A stretch of 62,998 bases of DNA from Octopus bimaculoides (lineage: Eukaryota), in contig NC_068995.1 of the NCBI RefSeq assembly GCF_001194135.2, forward strand, positions 38,390,690-38,453,687, written 5' to 3'. Below the pieces are notes generated by a model. That model saw only the letters and a list, made by a program, of their open reading frames with translations. It made no database searches and had not been told where the DNA came from. Shown here in pieces: positions 1 to 10,399 of the stretch (positions are counted from its first letter, which is position 1; each line of letters starts with the position of its first letter). A program made the position numbers and the translations under genes.

Positions 1-709
1 ATATATATATATATATATATATACATATATATATAAATATAAACATCAATTGTCCTAATGTAGATTGCATGCGATTGATAGTTATTAACTGGTAGTATGC
101 AATAGATATGCCCCTTGCAAAATATTGTTGTCTAACATTTGCAAAGGTTATTACGACATTATATATATTTATTTAATTAGAAACTATCAAGAGAAATCCA
201 CCATTATTTATAGTCATTGCAAATAATGATGGGTCTTTTTGCACTAATTATGTATTCTCTATACAATCAGTTCAAATATATTTATCTATATCTGATATCA
301 CATTCACTTAAACATATTTCATATGCACTTCAATATAAATCGATATGTATACAATTAATAATCTTGAATAAAGAATGGTTTAAACTTATGTCAAAAGGCC
401 TGCAGTTTTTGAAAGGAGGTAAATGTGGGTGATAGAAACTCTAGTGTTTAACTGGTACTGTTTCATCGAACTCGAAAATATGAAAGTCACAGTTGACATT
501 AGTTTGGAGCGTCTAGCTGGTAAACTGCCAATGAGCGTTTTGTTCAGCGTACGAACGATAGTGCCACATTGCTGTCCTATTATTTTGTAGAATTAATAGA
601 TTTCATTTCCACATACAGGTGTCACACAAATATTTCATAATATTTCAAAGTGAATCAAGCTTTAATCAAATGCATCTACTCTATCATTACATATGTTTAT
701 AATAAATCA

Positions 710-1750
710 AGATTTTAAAAGATAGCATTATGTTTTCAAACATCTGTAACGTAGTTACGTAATATTTCTCGTGTCAAATTCATTGAAAAGTTTGAAAAAG
801 AAAACCATTTCCTACCATGTGATAATACCAGCAAATAATGATATACGATAAGCGAATGAAAAGCACCGATACCACCAAAATATTTTAAATTTCTTTATAT
901 ATCTGTGTACATTTGAAAAATCAGGAGACAAATGTTTGCATCAATAATATGTGGTCATGCGGTGATTCTGTTAATATTATTGTATTCTTTCAAGGCAGCG
1001 AGCTAGAAAGATTCGTTCGACTGCCAGACAAGATGCTTGAGTACCAGTTGAGTACTGGGGTCGTTGTAATCGACTACACCCTCCCCCCAAATTTCGGTCC
1101 TTATGCTTTTCTTCGAATGGTATGTCGTATTCTTTTATGACCGTGAGGTGGATGAAGCGTTAGCCCGCTTGAGTAAATACTTAGCGGTATTTTGACCATC
1201 GCCAGCTTTCGTGTTGAAAATTCTGCCGATGTCGATTTCGCCTTTCATCTCTTCGGGGTTGATAATTGAGTACCAGCGAGACACTGGAGTCGTTGTAACC
1301 TCCACACCAGGCAAAGTAGTAAGCATTATTGCATTCTTTGATAAAGTGTTCAAAAAGCCTCTCCGCAGTAAGTACTTTATTGCAAAATATATATTTATAG
1401 GATTGTATAAGACTGCAGAAGAATATATTAGACTTTACAAAACGATAAAAGTCTTCATAAGAATTGTTGAAAGTGTCGTCTTTCATTTTCCATACATAAG
1501 TTGACTCTTCTACACATATTTTGAAATACTGCTTGGAGAAATAAATTCATTCTAGAGAGAGGATTTTTGAACACTTTGTATTATTCCTTTCATTATTCCT
1601 TGTTTCAGGCATGTGATTGCGACGGTGTTGGAGCACCATCGTGCGATTGTAATGCATATTAACGTCCCTGCATAGACTTTCAAATCTAGTATGTATTTTA
1701 TTCATATTGTCAAAGCGTCGTGAACAAATTGTGTAGATGGACACAAAAAC
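710..1750 (-). mobile_element. Degenerate Tc1/Tc3-like DNA transposon remnant with nested SINEs; absent from spacer copy C
   Basis: The minus strand encodes HDGAPT (~1625-1645, QDGAPxH-like motif) and FQNMCRRVNLCMENERRHFQQFL* ending at 1455 (typical RxxxCxxxxGxHFxxLL C-terminus). TIRs were not resolved. Confidence 0.5.
983..1315 (+). mobile_element. Two degenerate tRNA-type SINE copies in tandem (~983-1110 and ~1140-1315)
   Basis: Head AAGGCAGCGAGCT...; body TTTCGCCTTTCATCTCTTCGGGGTTGATAATTGAGTACCAG and GTACTGGGGTCGTTGTAATCGACT, the same family as 18903-19298. Confidence 0.75.
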
Positions 1751-2795
1751 TTGCAATGTTGCATAGATTCAAATATAAAAATTATTTAGAAAATTATTTC
1801 TAAAACATAACTGAATATAATCGTATTATTTATTAACATTACAAAAATGTGGGCTTTTACTTCTATATAAGTAATCAAATGCATCATGCAAGCCTAAATT
1901 TATGTGTAAAGACCACAAATGCTACTCTTTAAATGGATAAAATTATTGTGGTAAATTTCAGATTGCAAATACCCTACAAAGAAAACTTACATTTGTGTTC
2001 TGAGATACAATAGTCTACTTTAGAGAATGTTAGGATCTATAATATGAAACGTGCTCAGATTTTATGACATGATTTTTTTTTTTTTTTTTTAGTGCGTTTT
2101 GTCTTATATGTGAAAATATTTTACCGTATTTTTAAAAAAAGTCTGTACTGCAACGACGAAAAGCAGATTCTGATATTTTGCTGACACATTTCGAAATTCT
2201 TAATTTCTAGACAGTTATAACCAACCCAATATTTGACAACAGGTATGTAAATTTTGATGTTTTTCTTTAATATAACCTGTTATTGTTTCGATAATTTTTC
2301 CGTTTGTCTTTTACTCCAATTTCTACATTTGCTTCCAAAGTACATATTGGATTTTATTTCTTTTCTTTCCCTCATATTTATCGCCCCAAAAATATTCTAC
2401 ACAAGGTTTATAGTTTATTAATTTTATGATATATATTTTTCCATCATTGGGGAATTCTGTCATATTTTTGTAATATGTAATCACTACCGATCTCTCAATG
2501 GGTATATATGATGTACATAAAATAATATAGATTATGATATGCATTTTTCCATAACTTGGCATGATTTTGTATATATATATATATATATAAAGGTTATGAA
2601 GGGTATTGGAGTCAACCAAACCCTAAAGATACAGGTGATACTGAGTAAGTGCTGTATACCAACTAGTTTTGCCCGTGTCGTTGTATCAACATGAGTGGGG
2701 AATATAACATAGGTCGTGTATTAACGTGTGTATGTATGAAGAAAGAAAAAGATAAAGAGACCAATGGCAAAGTTAGAATTATATTTTATAGAAAA

Positions 2796-3272
2796 AGTCT
2801 TACACCTGTTTCAGGGAAAATCCAATGTATCCCTTCATCGGAAACGGTAATAGTAGAAGAAAGGATTATTACATCTATAAAAGGAGATTTGTAGTAAGAG
2901 GCGAGAGTGATGCACAGAAAAAAGAACAAAGAAGAAACAGTACTTGGAGTGTAGCTCCATTCCAGCAGTAAACATCCATGCAAAGAATTCTTGTGGGTAT
3001 TTTCCGGAGATAATTGTAGTAGCAAAGGTGGATATATATCATATCGTATCCGGAGTACTCTGTGCGTTGTTTACCCAAAAGATAGCCCAAATCAAGTGAG
3101 AGATGTGTGTAGGCTTAAGAGGTCAAGCCTTAAGACAGGAAGGTAGGGGGGAGGAAGTAATTCAAGTGAGAAATAGTAGTAAGCAGTCATATGGTCAGTT
3201 ATTCTGACAAGATTGAAAGAAGTAGAGGGATGAAGGGATACATTGGATTTTCCCTGAAACAGCTGTAAGACT
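2796..3272 (-). mobile_element. Penelope-like element 3' fragment with an inverted terminal repeat carrying a hammerhead-ribozyme-like motif
   Basis: 44-bp inverted repeat 2796-2839 / 3229-3272 with 1 mismatch. The repeat reads (CC)GATGA-AGGGA-loop-TCCCT-GAAAC-AGCT-GTA. Weak GIY-YIG-like internal translation (SFG*TTHRVLRIRY). Confidence 0.6.
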
Positions 3273-4202
3273 ATATATACATATCACTCACGGTACATGT
3301 ATTTAGGTTGCACTGCCATCAGACTGAGGCCTAAACACTATGAAATATTCGTTTGGAACATTCGGCGCGAATCTCAAGCAGTACAGCATGTCGTTTCCAA
3401 ATTTCTAGCAGAACGAATTGCGTCATGGTGCTATTATTCTAACAGACGGTGCCCAACTGAACCTACTATACAGTGTAGTTGACAAAATAAGAAAAAAAAC
3501 AATGCGCAAGCACGCCATTAAAAATATAAGATGGTAACAATTTACTCATCGTAGCGTATATATATATACACACACAGATACACACACACGTATATATGTA
3601 TATATATATATATATATTGTTTATCAAATGAACTCGATGTCTCAGTCAGCTTGATACTGAAGTAGAAATTTCGAACATTGTTCAATTACAATAGGCCAAA
3701 TTTCTATCATTGTGAGTGATTATATAAGCGTAAGTTAAGACGTGAAAGATAGACTCGTGATGACAACTATCGTTCAATATGAATTGATCAATAGTCAATA
3801 GTCAATGTTTAGCAACAACATTTATTATTGTTTTTGTGCTTATCCAAACAACCCTTGGTAGTTTCGACGTGTTCGATCACGTTTAACCTTTTGGGAAAAC
3901 TAACACTTAAGTGTCTGAAATGACATACTACATAAAAGAAAATAATAAAATATGTATTATACAGGTAACAGAAAGTATTGCTAACAAAATAATATGAGTT
4001 TGATGAATAATGAATACTAATAGATGAGCTGAAATATATATTGCATAACACGATTTTAGTTTACAATAACGTTAATTTGTGTATTCGATCATTAAAACTC
4101 TTGACATGTGGGTGCATGAAACATAAGCATAAATAGACATAATTTGGGAGAGGCGAAGATAGAAACACGAAGAACGGCGAAAATGAAAGACAGTAACAGA
4201 AA

Positions 4203-4218
4203 GAGTGAGAGAGAGATA

Positions 4219-4288
<70 letters not shown>

Positions 4289-4329
4289 GAGACGGGTGTT
4301 GAAAGACATAGAGAGACACAGGAAAAGAA

Positions 4330-4396
<67 letters not shown>

Positions 4397-4401
4397 GATA
4401 G
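4203..4401. repeat. Compound (AG)n/(AGAT)n microsatellite immediately upstream of the putative TATA box
   Basis: Seen directly; a more degenerate GA-rich tract sits at the same position in unit 2 (~18200-18350). Confidence 0.95.
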
Positions 4402-4454
4402 GAAGAAAGAGAAAGGTAGGTAGAGGGATAAGGGGAGACTCGAAAGAAATATTA

Positions 4455-4520
4455 TACGCTATTTAAAGGCGTTTCCGTATAGAAGTTAACACTTCGTACG
4501 TCACTGCTACGCACATCTTG
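4455..4520 (+). promoter_or_regulatory. Putative core promoter of CR copy 1 (TATTTAAA at 4460-4467)
   Basis: CTATTTAAAGGCGTT..GTATAGAAGTTAACACTT is conserved in both units upstream of the ORF. Function is inferred. Confidence 0.4.
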
Positions 4521-4628
4521 AAATCATCAACATTGGTTCATAAATGTGAGTATAATCTATATTGCTACACCGATCTGGAGGTCACGATATATGAAAACAT
4601 TCATGATACGACATGCTTAAATATATGA

Positions 4629-5743
4629 GCTTTAATTTTTATATCATTTGGAAGTGCTTCGATACATGAAAAAGAATTGGAATCTGTATTATTCAGTTAC
4701 CATGATAAAACAAAGTCACATGTTGATGCGAATGAGACCGCCTTAAGCCTATATGTGACACTTATCATAAAGTATATTATTAAATTAGATATTAAGCAAG
4801 GTATTCCCGCAAGTCATCTGATGCTCGGCATAAGATGGAAGGACAATAATCTGAAATGGAATGATTCAATATCTAGTTGAAGCCATATAGATGTTACCAT
4901 ATCTAAGTTTTGGTATCCTAATATTCAAATATGTAATAGCGTATCAGGTGATTTCAGTTTCGATGCGGACAAGGAAGTCACTATCAAATCCGATGGGGTC
5001 GTTCACTTATATATAGACAAAATATTTAAAACATACTGCTGGATTAACGTTAAAAATTATCCTTTTGATGAGCACGAATGTGATGTATCTGTTTGCCTTG
5101 AACATCAGATGTATGTGGAGGAACAAGTCCAATAGAGGACTTGATATCGATATAAAATTAGAAACTAAATCAAATTAATGGAATTTCCCTTTTGAAGAGA
5201 CTGAGATGGAAAAGGATGATGTTATAGCAGTTGGTCTTATAGTTTACGGCAAGAGAATGGTTAGCAGTGCAACAATAACAAAAATTATACCCCCAATAAT
5301 GTTAACATTATTGGTCCTTTCCGTTCATGTATTGCCAGCCTCATCTTACAAACATCGCTTTCTTTTCTGAAACTGAAAAAATATTGGGTAATAATTCGCA
5401 GAATCCCTCTTTATATCTAATATATCTTTTATTTCTGACATTTGTCAGTGGATGTTCCTCTATCGAATCGGTAATTGTGTGTAAAATTTATGCCCAACAG
5501 ACTGGGTCAGATATCAATTTAACTCCAGAAATTACACGAGAATCAGAAGGATCCAGAAGTAGCGTCGGTGTCATAGACAACTCAGATGAAGAGAATATTA
5601 AAGAAAAAGATATAAACATTTCTACAAGACATTTTCCAAACTATCAGAAGCTAGACAATATAGTTTTGTCAATAATTATTATATTCCTCGTAGTAATTTA
5701 TACAATTTTTACTTTGGTCTTACTAAGGCTCAGAAATGAGTAG
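4629..5743 (+). pseudogene. Intronless Cys-loop ligand-gated ion channel pseudogene, atypical nAChR-like / cephalopod chemotactile receptor (CR)-like, copy 1
   Basis: Signal-peptide remnant ALIFISFGSAS; loop-A WYPNIQICN (4911); Cys-loop CWINVKNYPFDEHEC (5037-5081); M1 IIPPIMLTLLVLSVHVLP; M3, short M3-M4 loop and M4; no loop-C vicinal CC. Lesions: no ATG, TGA 4878, +4 frameshift ~5124-5148, TAA 5176, M2 deletion ~5340. Confidence 0.93.
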
Positions 5744-7130
5744 TTTGATACCATTCTCATAAATAATGAGGAAAAAAGAAAAAAAAGTGTCGGAGTGGCA
5801 ATGCAGAATTTGCGTACACACAAAGTTAAAATAAGATTCGATTAAAAATATACCTCCTGAACCGAATCCATAATTCAATAAAATGACATTAGGAGTTGTT
5901 TACCATCTTTATAGTTTATGCCTATGAGTGACGGTTATGAAGTTAAATCAAAATTTTATGAGTTCGATCCACTAACCTAATGGTATTTCTGTCAAATGTG
6001 GTGAAATTCCGTTCAGCCGCTTTCCAGTAATTTTGCAAACACACAAACAAACAGACTATATCGAGCAACTACAACAACCTGCACGCGTAAGCGAAGCGAA
6101 GGTAACTAACAGATATCAACTGAATGCGCAATAATTCTATATTTTATCTAAGAGCCATTTGAAGAGTTGACGCTGACAAGTAAAATTTGAATACACCGGC
6201 TCTCTGCAGAATCTCCAGTAGGCTTTTAAAATAATATTGTTAGACAACAGATCTTTCTTCACCTCAAGTTTGACATAATATACTACATTAAATTATAACA
6301 TTTAAATCTAAAGAATACAAAAGAAATAAAAGAATTATGATGAATTTAGCAAAAGCAGATGTGCCCTTTGATTATGTTCAAAGTTGTTTATTTCGAAATC
6401 ATTATGAAATATGTACTCGTTTTGGGCGGTACAACATCATAAAAGAAAATAGCGATGGGTATTAGATTTTATGTACAAAATATATGAACTCTGTGTAAAG
6501 CTGGTAGTCGACATCATGTCACTCACTTTATATCCTATATGATAATTAATTAAGGAGTGTGATAAAACAAGGAAATGATTCTAAGATATTTATTGTATTT
6601 TCAAACTTATACTGGGTACATGATTTAAAGAAGAGCAACTTAACAAGTTTGACACACTTTTCCAAGGATTTAATCTGGTCTTATATTTTTGTCTCTCTTC
6701 ACTGAACGCACAACAGTTATCCCTTTATGTTCAATTTTTCATACACTCATTTTATACAATAGCGTGTCATACGCAGGCATACATTTCAAAACGACTGTCT
6801 GTATTTCTTTTGAAGCAGACAAAGTCGGACACATTCCTAAATCCTAAATCCCCGCTTACCAAGTCACATCCTCACACATACCAACAAACGATAACAGTTC
6901 AAATCTCTGCTCACCTACGTCGGTAGTCTATCACTCTTGGAAATTCTACACACCGACACGCCCCAAAAAACTACATCAAACATATCCCATCATGCAACTC
7001 AAAACAAAACATTTACGCTTTTTTTTTGTGTGTGATGAATACTAATGTCTCGATACATTAAAATGTCCTACCTTTAGGCTTTACGTTCTTGAATCAATCA
7101 CTTCTTTTCATAATTCTCCAGTCCACCAGT
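5744..7130. repeat. Downstream block of CR copy 1, paralogous to 20535-20645 and 20944-21720
   Basis: Collinear matches such as GTCGACATCATGTCACTC(A/T)CTTTATATCCT; roughly 80% identity by eye. Confidence 0.85.
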
Positions 7131-7275
7131 ACCCTCGACTCTAAAGAAAGGACCCTGATGCAAATTAGAATTCCATGCAAGTGGAGTGTTATAATCTCGG
7201 TCAAATATACGTCTTGGAAACTGTGTAACATATATATGGATATATATATATATATATATATGCAACCTATGTTTA

Positions 7276-7905
7276 ATAAACATCAATTGTGCTAATGTAG
7301 ATTGCACGCGATTAATAGGTAATAACTGGTGGTTAGCAATAAACATGCTCCTTGCAAAAATATTGTTGTCTGACATTTGCAATGGTTATTACGATATGAT
7401 ATATATTTATTTAATCAGAAACTAACCAGAAAAATCCACCATTATTTATAGTCATTGTAGCACTAAGATAATGATGGGTCTTTTTGCACTAATTATGTAT
7501 TCCCTATACAATCAGTTCAAATATATTTATCTATATCTGATATCACATTCAGTTAAATATTATTTCATATGCACTTCAATATAAATCGAAGTGTATACAA
7601 TTCATAATCTTGAATAAGTAATGGTTTAAACTTATAGCAAAAGGTCAGCAGTTTTTGAAAGGAGGAACGTGGATTACAGAGACCCTAGCGTTTAACTGGT
7701 AGTGTTTTATCGATCTCGAAGATTATGAAAGTCACAGCTGGCATTCGCTTAGTGCCTATAGCTGGGAAGAAGCGAATTAGCGATATGCTCGGCGTACGAA
7801 TGATACTGCTACATTGCTGTCCTACTATTTTGTCGAAATACTCGATTTCATTTCCACATACAGGTTTTGCACAAATATTTCAGAATATTTTAATGTGAAT
7901 CAAGT
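7276..7905. repeat. Spacer block X copy B, truncated where the mariner fragment begins
   Basis: Matches 38-660; includes the same old degenerate SINE seen at ~400-570 and ~22780-22960. Confidence 0.9.
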
Positions 7906-7910
7906 CTTAA

Positions 7911-8343
7911 TCCCCAGAACCAGACCATCAGTTGGGAGTTCTACCTGCGACGTTTTGAAGCATTTGAGGGAGGGCATGTGGAGAAAGCGACGCGATATGT
8001 GGAGTGCGAACAATTGGAATCTTTGCGATGACAATGCACCCTGTCACTGAGATCACATAACTCTTGAGTTTCACGCTAAGAACAACATGGTATCACTTCC
8101 GCACCCAACCTATTCGCCAGACTTAGCACCTGCAGATTTCCATCTCTTCTGCAACATGAAAATGCAGCTCAAAAACAGCGATTTTAACACCGTTGTCGAG
8201 ACCCAGTGCGACTCGCAGAAGGTCCTTGACTTGCTTACGGAAAGCAATTTCCAGGCCAAATTCCAAAAGTGGCAGGAACGCTGAGACTGGTGTAATATGT
8301 TAAGAATTATTAGAGATATTCCGAAATAATGCAACCGTATCAT
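7911..8343 (+). mobile_element. mariner transposase 3' remnant
   Basis: DVLKHLREGMWRKRRDMWSANNWNLCDDNAPCH*...LPHPTYSPDLAPADFHLF...FQKWQER*DWC, containing the mariner HDNAPxH and YSPDLAP motifs. Confidence 0.92.
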
Positions 8344-9542
8344 AATAATTTTTTTCCATGGATTACATTTAATTTCCTTCAATACGATTATTTATTTCAT
8401 GCGGTTAAGTGGAAAATACTGGATAGTAACTCATATTTTAAAATGTGTCTGTATGTATATATTTATCATTTTTTATCTTTCACTTGCTTCTGTCACTAGA
8501 CATGAGTGCGCACGTATAAGTGTGTATATACATAATGCGCAATATATCTATTTCCATAATGAAGTTAAAACTTCAGTAAATATGTTATTTCTTATTAAAC
8601 TTAGCTATACAGGGAAACTTCTATTTCTACGTTGTATTAAACATAAATCCTTGGAAATACTTATCAGCTAATTTATTATACTGAATACCTGACCGACGAA
8701 TGATTACGTGCTACTCTGAGTAAAAATTTGTGGAATTTCTGAAGATTGAATAAAACATCTTATTCTACTTTTTGTATTGTCAATTTCTTTTTCCACCTAC
8801 GATTTTATATGTAAGCATATATGCATATGTGTGTGTAGAGATATCTATGTATGTATATCTACATGTCTCTGTTATTCCACACACAGCGCACACGCACACT
8901 CACAAACATATATATATATATATACAAATATATAAAGATATATATATATATATATATAAACACACAGACATATGTANNNNNNNNNNTATATATATATATA
9001 TATATATATATTATTGGTTATTTTTGTGGCCGTACTCGAGAAAGCATGCAAGTTAGAAGTATGTTGAATTGTGAACAAAAAAGCATGCTTTGTCTTTCTC
9101 TCTAACTATTTTGAAAAGTGTTTGAGTACATTGAATTACGAGTTACTGTGGTAATTATAAGGTATGCATATCTTAAAGTTATACATACTTTTTCACAAAT
9201 ATGGTAATAACCTGCTTAACATTGTAATATGCAAGAAATTTAAATTAAATTAATCTTTTTTTAAATTGGTCTGTTGAATTTGTGTATTAAACATGAAACT
9301 AGTTCAGTATTAGCTATTGTAATTTTGAAATAAACCTTATTCATCTCACCCGGTTTTACAGTCGTCCACAAGATTTGCACAAGCACTCTCAACATGTACT
9401 TAAAAGGGCACTAAAGTATACTCCAGTATGCAGTCCACGGTCTGCTCTAGGCTCTTTATCCAAGCAGGGAAGTTTCCCAGTATGGTCTTGTATAAATGAT
9501 TGCATAAATGGGCTGATAAGCAAATTGCATAAATGGGCTGAA

Positions 9543-9825
9543 ATGATACGGTTGCAAAATTTCGGAATGTCTCAAAATTTCTTAACCTATTACACCAGTC
9601 TCAGCGTTCCTGCTACGCTTGGAACCTGGCCTGGGAATTGCTTTCCGTTATCAAGTCGAGGATCTTCTGCGATTCAGACAGGATCTCGACAACGGTGTAA
9701 AAAATGGCGATCTGTGAGCAGCATTTTCACGTTGCAGAAGAGATGGAAATCTTCAGATGCTAAATCTGGCGAATAGGGAAGGTGCGAAAGAGTTACCATG
9801 TTGTTGTTGGCGTGAAACTCACGTG
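9543..9825 (-). mobile_element. mariner transposase 3' remnant, same family, opposite orientation to 8065-8343
   Basis: The reverse complement matches 8065-8343, including the YSPDLA region and the non-coding tail ending GCAACCGTATCAT. Confidence 0.9.
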
Positions 9826-10399
9826 TACAGCTTTTTCAGTGGTGTTTTGTATTTACTGATAAACAAATCAACTACATCATGTAAAAAAGGTGAATGAAAA
9901 TAAAATTTTACTAATAGGGTTTTCACACAAAGACAATTGGATACATATTGACTTTGTCATATCTGCGGCGGGTGAGAGAGTATGATGTGGCATGCTATTT
10001 TGCTGTTAAATATCTGTAGCATTATATTTGACCACGCCTCTAGCGGATGGATAAAGAAAGAAAGAAAGAGAACTCACATCGCAGTCAGAGAAAGCTAGAC
10101 ATTTCAGGCAAGAGTATCAGTGGCGTGATATCATAGGTTGCGTGGCTCCATATGATAGCTCTGAAGACAAACGAGTAAATAGGTGGTGATAAATAATAAA
10201 CATAAAATAAAATGAATTAACATAGCACAATTATTATATGAAAAGGAAGAAGAACAATAATATTAAAGACATAGATACACGCATATAAAAGCATACATGC
10301 ATGAAATGGCGAAATATTTAACCACTCATACGCGTTTATATAAGCATTCCATACATACATACATACATACATACATACATACATACATACATACATACA

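Larger units (their letters stand above)
38..2690. repeat. Spacer block X of the tandem CR-locus duplication, copy A (other copies: B 7276-7905, C 21740-24065)
   Basis: Collinear matches, e.g. AAACATCAATTGT(C/G)CTAATGTAGATTGCA at 41 and 7278; GCACTAATTATGTATTC(T/C)CT at 241, 7487 and 21841. Segment 1750-2690 matches 23150-24065. Confidence 0.9.
3620..4615 (+). repeat. Upstream/promoter block of CR copy 1, paralogous to 17660-18540
   Basis: Collinear similarity, e.g. TCGTTCAATATGAATTG(A/T)TCA and ATCTATA(T/C)TGCTACACCGATCT(G/A)GAGGTC in both units. Confidence 0.85.

Noticed and set aside
2796-3272. MITE interpretation of the 44-bp inverted repeat
   Set aside because: No TSD or DNA-transposon-type terminus; the repeat is a hammerhead-like PLE end and occurs singly at ~33100.
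5327-5743. 138-aa ORF as an independent membrane-protein gene
   Set aside because: It is the M3-M4 tail of the CR pseudogene, and its ATG comes from an out-of-frame position in M1.
5980-6115. Possible non-autonomous Helitron-like end (GAAATTCCGTTCAGCCG...ACAAACAAACAGAC...GCGAAGCG)
   Set aside because: Resemblance only; no clear 3' hairpin plus CTAG, and no second copy in the window.
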